This document shows, one piece after another, positions 55,101-62,799 of a stretch of DNA of 64,000 nucleotides. This DNA comes from Octopus sinensis. Lineage: Eukaryota. The stretch spans positions 27,466,001 through 27,530,000 of the forward strand of contig NC_043013.1 in NCBI RefSeq assembly GCF_006345805.1, given 5' to 3'. The notes under the pieces are model-generated. The model searched no databases. It saw only the letters and a list, made by a program, of their open reading frames with translations, and was not told the origin of the DNA. A program made the translations under genes and the position numbers. Position 1 is the first letter of the stretch. Each line of letters begins with the position of its first letter.

Positions 55101-58100
55101 TGACACCCTCTTGCAGACTACCCCATCAATGAATGACAGAGACCTTCTCTTTGTGGCTGGTAACTTCAATGGACATGTTGGACAACATGCAGGGGGCTTC
55201 CATGGTGGCTATGGATTTGGTTACCGCAATGAGGAAGGAACCAACTGCTGGAGTTCTGTGATGCAAATGATCTTATGGTCGTAATTTACAACTTCAGGAA
55301 ACCTGCCAGTCACCTATTCACCTACCAGTCAGGTGGACACACTAGTCAGATTGACTACATCCTCACCAGGAAAGGCCAAAACCTTCCCAGGTGAAGAATG
55401 CATTCCACAACATAGGTTAGTAGTTAGTGACTTTAGGATCAGGGCTAAATGGGTGCCCAGACGATGACCAGCATGGAAAAGAAGTATCTGGAAGCTTAAG
55501 GACCCTGTGAATGGACAGAGATTTAGAGACATATTACTCGAAGCATTTGCCAAAATAGAGAAGGATATAGCATCACCTAATGTGTAAGACAACTGGAGGT
55601 TCCTACGGGAGAACCTGTTGAGGACCACTGACCATATCTGTGGATGGTGCAAAGCCCCCTCTCAACCTAAGGTAACATGGTGGTGGAACTATGTAGTTGA
55701 CAGGGACATTAAGGAAAAGAAACAGGCATGGAAGGACTGGAAGAACAGTGGTAGCAGGGAATTGTATCAGATTGCCAGTAGGGAAGATAGGAGACAGATT
55801 TACTTAGCCAGAGGGGAAGCAGATAAGATAAACTTTGCCAATGTTTTGTGCTGTGAGGACCAAAAACTTGAAGTGTTTCATGTTGCAAGACAGAGTATGA
55901 GAGAGAATCATGATGTCATAGGAGAGAAATGTGTCCACATGGATGATGGCTCACTTGCATTTAATGAGGCTGCAAGGAGACGGACTTGGAGACACCACTA
56001 TGAAAGGTTGTTAAATGAAGAGAATGCATGGGAGAAAGAGAGCCTGCCAAATGTCAACCCAACAGAGGGACCAGCTATCCAAATTGACAGTACCTTGGTA
56101 GATAAAGCAATTAAGGGTATGAAGACAGAGAAAGCCCCCCAGCCCATCAGGAATCACTGCAGAGATGCTTAAAATATCTGATGGTGTCAGCTATAGTTTA
56201 GTCACTCATATAGACAATCCAATGATACATGAAGGAGTCATACCCAATGATTAGTGAAGCAGTACCATAGTTAACTGCTACAAAGGTAAAGGTGATGCAT
56301 TAGATATGAATAATTACAGAGGTACCAAGTTGTTGGATCAGGTAATGAAAGTCACAGAGAGGGTCACAGCCCAACTAATTAGGGAGAGAGTTAGTTTAGA
56401 TGAGATGCAGCTTGGGTTTGTGCCAGAGAGAAGCATGATATGCTATATTTGTAGTAAAACAGCTGCAGGAGAAATACCAAGCTAAAGTTAAACTTTTGTA
56501 CTTGGCTTTCGTTGACATAGAGAAAGCCTTTGACAGGATCCCCCGATCCCTTATCTGGTGGTCAAAGCAGAAACTAGAGATAGATGAGTGGTTAGTGAGA
56601 GTCGTCCAAATCATGTACAGGGGTGCTGTCAGTAAGGTGAGGGTAGGCAACAAGTATAGTGAAGAATTCCGGGTAGGGGTCCAAAGATCAGTCCTCAGCA
56701 CCCTCTCATTCATCATAGTCCTCCAGGCAATAACAGAGGAATTCAAGACAGGATGCCCCTGGGAGCTCTTCTATGCTGAAGACCTTGCTCTAATAGCTGA
56801 GTCACTATCAGAACTAGAGAAGTTTCAGGTGTGGAAGCAAGGACTAGAATCGAAGGGCCTTAGAGTCAATCTAGCAAAAACCAAAATCTTAGTAAGTAGG
56901 AAGGCAGATAAATCACAAAAATCTCTTCAGGAAGATGGCCCTGCTCAATCTGTAGAAAAGGTGTTGGTAGAAACTCCATATAACGTACCTGGTGTAAGAT
57001 ATGGACACATAAGAGTTGCAGCAATATCAAAGTAAGGCTAACTGGGAAGGTAGTTTTTGTGTGTGGCAAATGTACAGGGGCAATAAACACTGAAAGTGTG
57101 CAGAAAACAGTTTCCGTCACATGCCAGGGGGAAAAACTAGAAGTAGTTGATAGCTTTCATTACCGAGGTGACCAAGTTAGTAGTGAGGGTGGATGCTCTG
57201 AGAGCATAGCTACTAGAATAAGAATAGCCTGGGCAAAGTTCAGAGAGCTCCTAACCTCTGCTGATAACAAAGGGCCTCTTGCTCAGAGTGAAAGGTGAAC
57301 TGTATGACATGTGTGCAAACAGCCATGCTACATGGCAGTGAAACATGGGCTGTGACTACTGATGACATGCTAGAAATAACAACCAAATCTACCAAACCAT
57401 TTTAAGGACTACATTGAATGTGGATCTTTGATTACAGGTCTGCATGATCAAGGTTGATCAGAGGTTAAACAACTTTCTCAAAGCTTCTCTAGACTTTCTT
57501 GTTATGGCATCAATACCTGCAATAAACAATAAGACTCAACCAATTCCTTACCGTATATCCTTTTTTAGCACAGATATGTTCAGTAACAGCCAACAAAGCA
57601 TTAATTGTTGCTCCTCCACTTCCAACATTTGATTTTGGATCTTCAATGGTTAGCAAAATTACATCTTTTGGGAATAAGCCTTTCGCTTGTCTTATATCCA
57701 ATTCTGAAATTAATAGATAAAAAAATGTATAATATGGAATGGTGACTAGGGCTGTGGATTAAAATAATGTAGAAGTGTCAGGAGAAAAGCAAACTTTATG
57801 AGTAAAGGAATGTGAAATGGTTACTTGCAAGAAAAACAGTGCAAATGACCTGGGAGCACAGCTGATATAAAAATCCTTAGATGCACTCAGGACTGAGTAA
57901 ATACAATTTTATACCTAACATAACAACGACATATAGTCTATCATAAAATATTCAAAATTATTGGGCCTGACATTCGATTGAATTAACTGACATTGAACAC
58001 ACCATAAAACATTGAAGCAAAAGCACACTAAATCATTGAACACATTTAAAACATTCACTACATCCACACAAGATCAACAGAAAAAAACAAACAAACAAAA

Positions 58101-59182
58101 CCATTGTGACTCTTTAGAATATACAGCTATGCTCTGGTCTCCAATCACTCTCACTCACTCACTCACACACACACACACACACATACACACACGGCATGCA
58201 ATAATGATAATGGAAACTGTGACAACATCAATAATAATCTGGGTGGTGATGACAGGGGTAGATGTGAAAATGTTACAACTTCTCATAAAAGGACCCAAAG
58301 TAAATTTTTGAGTTATCCTTTGTAAAAAAAAAAAAAAATGCATCTTGTACGCCATCAAAATGGGTAATTTGAATTCAACATTTTTTTTGATTTGGTAACT
58401 TAGAATTTTAAAAAGTTTCTATTAGCCAGGAGAAATTTTCATAGAGGTGAGAGGGCACTGCTCATAACCTTTTTTTTCTCTGAAATTGGTAGTAGGAATG
58501 GATAAGATTATTAGCAAACCCGAGAGCTGGTTGAAATGCTTAAAGCATAGTGAACTTAACTAAAGGCACTCAAAGACCAAGGGGTGGCGTTAAACTGGGC
58601 AAAGGATTACACCAAACTCCCTTCTAGACAAATTCTACAAAGAGAATAGAAATTTCCATAAATGGCTTTAATAAGTTTATTGCAGATGAAAGAAAGTGGA
58701 AACAGAAACAAAGAAAAGTTTATAGCAAGAATTTAGAATAAATATTACAGGGATGTACTTGCATAGTAAGTGACTTGATCTCAGATCATGTGCTGACACA
58801 AAAACAATTGCAGTGTGGAAGATATTTATAAACCATTTAAGAACACACAAAAGCCATTAATTTCACTTCAACATTTGAATTTAATTTGTGTCAAAATATT
58901 TTCATCACTTTGAAACTGTGACCCGTTCACTGACAAAACTTCATGCTCACAGGTCACAGTTTCAATGTGACGAAAATATTTTGACACATATTAAATTCAA
59001 ATGTTGGAATGAAACTAACGGTTTTAGTGTGTTCTTAAATGGCTTATAAACATCTTCCACACTGCAATTGTTAGAAAAAATATTCGCAAATATTTACCTT
59101 GTTGCACAGATTGTGACCATTGGTTATCAGAGCAGGTAAGCACAATAGCAGTCCACTGGAAGTTGGCCTGATTAGGCTCCAT
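4634..59182 (-). CDS. FCSK: L-fucose kinase (fucokinase), spliced gene of 27 coding exons, about 1087 aa
   Basis: Manual splicing gives one continuous ORF with fucokinase hallmarks: [62 protein letters not shown], the GHMP ATP-binding motif [35 protein letters not shown] and LAGAGGGGF. All introns are GT-AG with compatible phases; exon lengths sum to 3264 nt. Confidence 0.96.
5050..5620 (-). pseudogene. Highly decayed Tc1/mariner-like transposase relic
   Basis: Broken frames read [19 protein letters not shown] and [10 protein letters not shown], reminiscent of the Tc1 segments around the first catalytic Asp; weak similarity. Confidence 0.35.
7214..7437 (-). CDS. FCSK: FCSK coding exon 26 (GNLESVGQC...MAPGCEP...[11 protein letters not shown]...SSIK)
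   Basis: tttcaag| and |gtaagc; 224 nt; GHMP motif III GAGGGG. Confidence 0.96.
8990..9089 (-). CDS. FCSK: FCSK coding exon 25 ([14 protein letters not shown]...HFSE)
   Basis: ttttcag| and |gtatgt; 100 nt. Confidence 0.95.
10451..10669 (-). CDS. FCSK: FCSK coding exon 24 ([20 protein letters not shown]...[13 protein letters not shown])
   Basis: tctctag| and |gttgtg; 219 nt. Confidence 0.96.
10792..10993 (+). mobile_element. piggyBac-type (TTAA/CCCTT) MITE; related copies at ~3570-3815, 9115-9435 and 16805-17360
   Basis: TTAACCCTT terminus and a shared internal sequence among copies. Confidence 0.65.
12275..12770. repeat. Compound minisatellite TATGTCTGGG(TGGG)(TG)n followed by (TG)n
   Basis: About 19 units visible directly; explains the six-frame HT/CV ORFs. 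Confidence 0.95.
14136..14447 (-). mobile_element. LTR-like fragment (possible solo LTR)
   Basis: GC-richer island; on the minus strand it starts TGTAGTG, has TATATAA (14317-14311) and then AATAAA (14153-14148); the canonical 3' end is not visible. Confidence 0.55.
16299..16393 (-). CDS. FCSK: FCSK coding exon 23 ([16 protein letters not shown]...SLLHS)
   Basis: aacatag| and |gtgagg; 95 nt; GHMP motif II GLGTSS. Confidence 0.95.
16497..16735. mobile_element. piggyBac-type MITE with TTAA at both ends
   Basis: ttaacgcttttgatacca ... tggtagcaaaagggttaa inverted termini. Confidence 0.7.
19259..19753. mobile_element. piggyBac-type MITE, diverged
   Basis: ttaacccattgcctgcca ... tggctgttaatgggtgaa imperfect TIRs. 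Confidence 0.5.
19819..19956 (-). CDS. FCSK: FCSK coding exon 22 (ALIKAAF...[15 protein letters not shown])
   Basis: tttgcag| and |gtaagt; 138 nt. Confidence 0.95.
20205..20410 (+). mobile_element. mariner-derived MITE
   Basis: TA-caagggggtgctgaaaagattccggcttt ... aaagctaggaacttttc inverted ends; internal [11 protein letters not shown]...G..VE* resembles a mariner transposase C-terminus. Confidence 0.7.
20827..20915 (-). CDS. FCSK: FCSK coding exon 21 (PQIVIVYG...[10 protein letters not shown])
   Basis: tgtgtag| and |gtaata; 89 nt. Confidence 0.9.
21673..21707 (-). CDS. FCSK: FCSK coding exon 20, 35-nt small exon ([11 protein letters not shown])
   Basis: actatag| and |gtaagt; matches the conserved PIGA(R/K)A(R/K)RI. 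Confidence 0.9.
22200..22510. repeat. Tandem duplication of a ~157-bp unit
   Basis: tagatttt...ctcagggaggct(g/a)gagctt...ctcatctatagctga repeated twice with few mismatches. Confidence 0.9.
22730..23095 (+). mobile_element. CR1/L2-like LINE 3' end fragment
   Basis: [12 protein letters not shown]...F...WNKL...SVV...SFK resembles the CR1/L2 ORF2 C-terminus. Confidence 0.7.
23323..23484 (-). CDS. FCSK: FCSK coding exon 19 (FVEVK...[26 protein letters not shown]...NGK)
   Basis: atttcag| and |gtaagg; 162 nt; GHMP kinase motif I. Confidence 0.96.
25412..25558 (-). CDS. FCSK: FCSK coding exon 18 ([49 protein letters not shown])
   Basis: tgtttag| and |gtaaag; 147 nt. Confidence 0.96.
26175..26253. 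repeat. 39-bp tandem duplication
   Basis: agattaaacaaacaacaaaaaaaattcaggtcatctact repeated twice. Confidence 0.9.
26718..26993 (+). mobile_element. RTE 3' UTR-only insertion with (GAT)n tail; more than 20 copies in both orientations (e.g. 13953, 15524, 24040, 24235, 31965, 43990, 49572, 51087, 63720)
   Basis: Same sequence as the 3' UTR of the RTE at 30300-30570 (ggaagggcatccagctgtagaaac...gttaaacgatgatgatg). Confidence 0.85.
27778..27929 (-). CDS. FCSK: FCSK coding exon 17 ([20 protein letters not shown]...[21 protein letters not shown])
   Basis: ttttcag| and |gtaact; 152 nt. Confidence 0.96.
28937..30570 (+). mobile_element. 5'-truncated RTE-clade LINE (RT C-terminal half, Cys-rich insert, 3' UTR, (GAT)n tail), decayed
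   Basis: ORFs with [35 protein letters not shown] and MLHGSETW; internal stops and frameshifts; ends gttaaacaatgatgatgatg. Confidence 0.92.
31308..31388. repeat. (GGGTGTGT)-type G-rich microsatellite
   Basis: Directly visible. Confidence 0.9.
31734..31876 (-). CDS. FCSK: FCSK coding exon 16 ([12 protein letters not shown]...MLKALDN)
   Basis: ttctcag| and |gtagga; 143 nt; phase-consistent with neighbours. Confidence 0.9.
32745..32945 (+). repeat. Unclassified interspersed repeat (ctgctagaaatagcagccaaatct... ending in (CAA)n); copies at ~21263, 25130(-), 37115, 46865(-), 50335, 54335 and 57368
   Basis: Recurrent shared motif across the window; probably a LINE or SINE 3' tail. Confidence 0.6.
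33091..33168 (-). CDS. FCSK: FCSK coding exon 15 ([25 protein letters not shown])
   Basis: gtttcag| and |gtaatt; 78 nt; WRxSWRLS motif. Confidence 0.93.
33288..33716 (-). mobile_element. Two head-to-tail copies of the Meta-like SINE separated by (AAT)n; a similar pair lies at 47925-48385
   Basis: Repeated aaggatgaaaggcaaagtcaacctc...gaatttgaactcagaac units. Confidence 0.85.
33735..33980 (-). mobile_element. CR1/L2-like LINE 3' end fragment, same family as 22730-23095
   Basis: Reverse complement resembles 23010-23200 (gaagcatgg...aaact...catcagtt...catccttcaaaa...ttcctgaaattcacca). Confidence 0.6.
35355..35482 (-). CDS. FCSK: FCSK coding exon 14 ([17 protein letters not shown]...EILWLL...)
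   Basis: tatttag| and |gtaagg; 128 nt; AKLFP motif. Confidence 0.92.
35555..36700 (-). mobile_element. Tigger/pogo-like DNA transposon remnant (DDE_1 transposase C-terminal part plus one TIR)
   Basis: ORFs with [28 protein letters not shown] and AWDKIT...WK plus an acidic tail; TA-CAGGCAG TIR-like end at 35553-35561; frameshifted. Confidence 0.85.
36705..37090 (+). mobile_element. tRNA-derived CORE-like SINE, bipartite with an internal (TG)n; about 20 partial copies in the window (e.g. 6845, 7535, 11005, 14610, 18300, 47100, 49068, 51235, 52360, 59965)
   Basis: tggctgtgtggtaag...gggttcagtcccact...ggcaccttaggcaagtgtctt head/CORE-like segment; tail tccagcat(a/g)gctgcagtc...tgactgaaacaa. Confidence 0.8.
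37292..37393 (-). CDS. FCSK: FCSK coding exon 13 ([34 protein letters not shown])
   Basis: cttgcag| and |gtaaat; 102 nt. Confidence 0.92.
39101..39323 (-). mobile_element. tRNA-derived SINE with a Meta/MESC-like central domain, flanked by a 20-bp target-site duplication
   Basis: Minus strand has a tRNA-like head (gagctggcaga...gttcaaattcc) and gcctttcatcctttcggggttgataaa; TSD gtagaagttcaaca(a/t)tgttt at 39081-39100 and 39324-39343. Other copies at ~3322, 8566, 32424, 33288, 33510, 46345(+), 47925, 48180, 48550 and 60447. Confidence 0.85.
39864..39983 (-). CDS. FCSK: FCSK coding exon 12 ([16 protein letters not shown]...[10 protein letters not shown])
   Basis: atttcag| and |gtaagc; 120 nt. 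Confidence 0.9.
41114..41275 (-). CDS. FCSK: FCSK coding exon 11 ([31 protein letters not shown]...LDLSN, beta-helix-like segment)
   Basis: tctacag| and |gtaagt; 162 nt. Confidence 0.92.
41450..41790 (+). pseudogene. Possible decayed mariner/maT-like transposase relic
   Basis: QVAQDRFVF and FWLPNM...IDYV in broken frames, reminiscent of the FQQDxAP and WPPxSPDLNPLDY motifs. Confidence 0.3.
42017..42150 (-). CDS. FCSK: FCSK coding exon 10 ([17 protein letters not shown]...THSYID)
   Basis: attttag| and |gtaagt; 134 nt. Confidence 0.9.
42512..42607. repeat. (TG)n microsatellite
   Basis: Directly visible. Confidence 0.95.
43320..43509 (-). CDS. FCSK: FCSK coding exon 9 ([12 protein letters not shown]...[13 protein letters not shown])
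   Basis: ttttcag| and |gtaagt; 190 nt. Confidence 0.95.
44280..44399 (-). CDS. FCSK: FCSK coding exon 8 (VTGLVYF...[20 protein letters not shown])
   Basis: ttctacag| and |gtataa; 120 nt; PPLDxCTYxGLDSG motif. Confidence 0.95.
44705..44891. repeat. Inverted duplication with ~67-bp arms enclosing an RTE tail fragment
   Basis: gtgaagatcaaacaaatag...ccccaaattatata / tatataatttgggg...ctatttgtttgatcttcac. Confidence 0.9.
44905..45240 (+). mobile_element. Third tRNA-derived SINE family; copy at 34590-34910 and related heads at 5915-6225(-), 20430-20610 and 22220-22560
   Basis: A box tggctcagtag, B box gttcaattcc, then tgtgttcttgagcaaaacactt. Confidence 0.75.
45625..45705 (-). CDS. FCSK: FCSK coding exon 7 ([27 protein letters not shown])
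   Basis: ttttatag| and |gtaagt; 81 nt. Confidence 0.9.
47798..47892 (-). CDS. FCSK: FCSK coding exon 6 ([31 protein letters not shown])
   Basis: ttttcaag| and |gtaagt; 95 nt; HGxY motif. Confidence 0.92.
49468..49540 (-). CDS. FCSK: FCSK coding exon 5 ([24 protein letters not shown])
   Basis: tttcacag| and |gtacgt; 73 nt; PPGxWVCSTDM motif. Confidence 0.95.
51578..51700 (+). ncRNA. Penelope-type minimal hammerhead ribozyme motif (degenerate) in a short pLTR-like relic
   Basis: gacac-CTGATGA-a-ggtgg...cagcc-GAAA-CGTT-gtggt at 51611-51656. Confidence 0.55.
51798..51923 (-). CDS. FCSK: FCSK coding exon 4 ([17 protein letters not shown]...KTITEN)
   Basis: atttcag| and |gtaagt; 126 nt. Confidence 0.92.
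52012..52160. repeat. (TA)n compound microsatellite
   Basis: Directly visible. Confidence 0.95.
54025..54075 (-). CDS. FCSK: FCSK coding exon 3 ([17 protein letters not shown])
   Basis: ctttcag| and |gtaagt; 51 nt. Confidence 0.92.
54800..57370 (+). mobile_element. RTE-clade LINE fragment (APE endonuclease plus RT), decayed and 3'-truncated
   Basis: Endonuclease-like [14 protein letters not shown] and PQHRLVV; RT motifs [12 protein letters not shown] and LFYAEDL; multiple stops. Confidence 0.92.
57552..57703 (-). CDS. FCSK: FCSK coding exon 2 (ELDIRQAKG...[18 protein letters not shown]...KGYT)
   Basis: tttcag| and |gtaagg; 152 nt; GSGGAT motif. Confidence 0.95.
58803..59072. repeat. Long palindromic (foldback) element with ~120-bp arms
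   Basis: aacaattgcagtgtggaaga...gaaactgtgacc / ggtcacagtttc...tcttccacactgcaattgtt. Confidence 0.9.
59098..59182 (-). CDS. FCSK: FCSK coding exon 1 ([28 protein letters not shown])
   Basis: ATG at 59182; acceptor ttttcag before 59205; donor AAG|gtaaat; 85 coding nt; matches the fucokinase N-terminal WTxIxLTC. Confidence 0.9.
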
Positions 59183-60684
59183 ATCATTTTCTTAAAAGAA
59201 CTGACCTGAAAATATACAAAAATATTGCGAGATTGTAGATTCAATGAAAACTGAACAGAAATCAAGATTGAGCGTGTTTGATTGATCTGTTGGAATTAAC
59301 AGTTAAATCTCCCTTAAGTTATACCCAATCATCATCATTTAACATCTGCTGTCCATGCTACAATGGATTGAATGGGTTATCACAGTTCAAGTCAAATTTT
59401 ATTGAGAGTTACTGTTATCCTTGATGGGACAGAGAACCATTGTGCATCTGAATTTTGTCAGATTCTACAGCTGGATGCTCATCCCAACAAGAGAGTTTGT
59501 TGTGCCCACATAAAATTCATTCCTCGAGAAAAAAAAAAAGAATAAATGTTTCTTTCCAGTTCTTTATATTCTGAGTTCAAATTGCACTGGAACTGACTTT
59601 GCCAAAATATCCACCCAAAAATCAATAAAACAAATTGTAGTACTGTACCAGAGTTGATCCCTTTTACTATACACCCATGTATCTTGTAACACAAGATGCA
59701 GTTTAAAAGTTTAGTTATTATTTTAACGTCTAAGGTTTAATTATTTTTAATCGTCTATGACATGTGACTTTTAATCAATTTTTATCATTTAACGACCAAA
59801 GTTTACTAAATGCTTGATAATTTCAATATTTACTTGCAGGCAAAAACGTTAGGAGTGTCAAGCAGAAAACAATCTATCGAGTTCACAATATTATCTCTAT
59901 AGGACATATACAAGTGGAAAGTTGGACATATGTATGTTTGCCTTTGTGACTTATAATATGAAGGTACAGGAGTGGCTGCATGGTGAGAAATTTGCTTCTC
60001 AAATACATGGTGCAGCCCCACTGTGTGGGGCAACTTGGGCAGGTACCTGCTATAGCCTAGGGCCGTCCAAAGACTTGTTGGGGGATTTGATGGACAGACA
60101 CTGAAAGAAACCCATTGTACATATACATACGCATGCATACATGTGCATATGCAAACATACATACATACACATACATACACACATATACATAAATACACAC
60201 ATATACACACAGGCAGAAAAAAGGAAAATGTCCCTTGCATTTGAAAACTATGGAAATATATTTTTTTAAAAAAACATTTCATTTAATTTTTCAATGCCTG
60301 AAACCGGTACTAAATTGTTCTTCATGACAAAATTATTTTAGCATTTTCTACCGTGTCTTATTTTCCATATACACACACACATACATATATACATACACAC
60401 ACACTCCCATAAGTACATACTCACATACATACAAGAACACACACACTTTTCTACTCTAGGCACAAGGCCCAAAATTTTGGTGGAGAGAGCCAGTTGAGTA
60501 GATCTACCTCAGTACACAACTGGTACTTAATTTATCAAACCTGAGAGAATGAAAGGCAAAGTCAACCGCAGCAGAATTTGAAATCATAACGTAAAGACAG
60601 ACGAAATACTACTAAGCATTTTGCCCAGCATGCTAATGTTTCTGTTGGCTCGCCACCTACATACATACATGTATACACACACAC

Positions 60685-62057
60685 ATCACCGTTTAACGTC
60701 TGCTTTCCATGCTGGCATGGGTTGGACAGTTTGACCAAGGACTCTAATCTGATCTAGCAGAGTTTCTACAGCTGGATGCCCTTCCTAACACCAACCACTC
60801 CGAGAGTGTTGTGGGTGCTTTTTACGTGCCACCAGCATGAGGGCCAGTCAGGCGGTACTGGCATCGACACTCAAATGGTGTTTTTTATGTGCTATCTGCA
60901 CAGGAGCCAGTCTAGAGGCACTAGCAACAACCTCGCTCAAATGTTGTTTTTCACGTGCCAGTAAGGCAACGCTGGAAATGATCACGCTCAAATGGTGCTT
61001 TTTATGTGTTACCGGCACAAGAGCCAGTCATTGGCCTTGGCAATGATCATGCTCGGATGGTGCTTTTAACGTTCCACTGGCATGGGTGTCAGTCAGGTGG
61101 TACTGTCATCGGCTATGTCAGCAAATTTGATTTTGATTTCACTTGCCTCAACAGGTCTTCGCAAGCAACGCATAAGTAGGCTGGTTACACCACTGGCATA
61201 GGCCACGGGTTATAGTCTCACTTGTCTTGCCAGGTCTTCTCAAATATCCAAAGGTCTTGGTCTCTAGTCATTGCCTTAGTGAGGCCCAGTGTTTGAAGGT
61301 TGTGCTTCACTACCTCATCCCAGGTCTTCCTGGATTTCCCTCTTCCACAGATTCCCTCAACTGCAAGGGTGTGACACTTTCACACAGCTGTCTTCATCCA
61401 TTCGCACCACGTCCATACAAGCACAGTCTCTCTTGTACACCACATCTGATGCGTCTTAGGTTCAACTTTTCTTTCAAGGTGCTTACACTCTGTTGTGTAT
61501 AAACACTGACATTACACATTCAACGGGGCATACTGGTTTCATTCCTTGCAAGCTTACACATGTCCTCAGCAGTCACAGCCCATGTTTCACTGCCATGTAG
61601 CATGGCTGTTCGTACACATGCTTCATACAGTCTACCTTTTACTCTGAGTGAGAGGCCCTTTGTCACCAGCAGAGGCAGGAGCTCTCTGAACTTTGCCCTG
61701 CTACTGACTTGGTCACCTAGGTAATGGAAGCTCTCAATTACTTCTAGTTTTTCTCCTTGGAATGTGACAGAAGTTGTTCTCTGCACATTTCCAGTGTTTA
61801 TTGCTCCTGAGCATCTGCCACATACAAAAACTATCTTCCCAGTTAGCCTTCCTTTGATATTGCTGCACCTCTTATGTGTCCATAGCTTACATTGGGTACA
61901 TCTTTCGGAGTTTCTACCTATGCCTTTTCTACAGATCGAGCAGGGCCATCTACCTGAAGGGATTTGTGGTTTGTCTGCCTTCCTACTTATTAAGACTTTG
62001 GTTTTAGCTAGGTTGACTCTAAGGCCCTTCGATTCTAATCCTTGCTTCCACACCTGT
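60685..62057 (-). mobile_element. 5'-truncated RTE-clade LINE with 3' UTR repeat array, in the opposite orientation to the other two copies
   Basis: ORF 61520-62053 ([18 protein letters not shown]...[10 protein letters not shown]) closely similar to the + strand copies. Confidence 0.92.
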
Positions 62058-62799
62058 AACTTCTATATATACACATGCACATATATACAAATACACAAAC
62101 ACGTACATATATATATATATATATATATAGTTTACTTAATGCCCGACACGTTTAACATTTACTTGCAAGTAAAAACGTTAGGAGTGTGATGCTCAAAACG
62201 ATCCATCGTCTGTCGTTACATGGTACAGCCTTACAACAGCTGTGATGCTGAAATATACACTTGAGTTATCTTTCTTACATAAGACGTGATAACTTTTAAC
62301 ATGCTCACATATTTCTAGAAGCAGTGGTATGATAATAGGTTTATAACCCAAATGTGGGTCATACAATAGTTTTAGCAGGTTACGTCGACATTTCTACATG
62401 TTTTTTAGGACAAAGTTGCATGCAGATCTTGTTTTTATTTGTAACTTAATTTCATATTTTTATCTTCTGCAACGGCAAGTGACCGTTGTTTTTAAAAGTA
62501 GGTTGCATTATCATACCTATACTTGATTAGCATGTTTATCTTTATTTACTTGACAGACGATAGAAAGATATATTGTGAGCAAAAATAGGAAGAGTTTGTG
62601 TAACTTCTTATTTCCTATGTTTAGAAGCGAATCACATTTGTTCATTTTTCTAGCTTGTGTAAAATTAGTTTCTTTTTGCTTTTCGTCTTTCTAATCATAT
62701 AACGGAGAAAGTAAAAGGTTAAAACCAAAGAACAAAATATATATAAAAAAATTAAAACTTCCAATTAAAAAAAACTACTGTAATTTCTTTTCTCTGAAA

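Noticed and set aside
54800-57370. Active LINE or domesticated RT gene
   Set aside because: Multiple stops and frameshifts, YADD mutated to YAED, and 3' truncation
4634-59182. Bifunctional fucokinase/GDP-fucose pyrophosphorylase, or a horizontally acquired gene
   Set aside because: Lacks the GGxSxR loop, is intron-rich, and is colinear with metazoan FCSK
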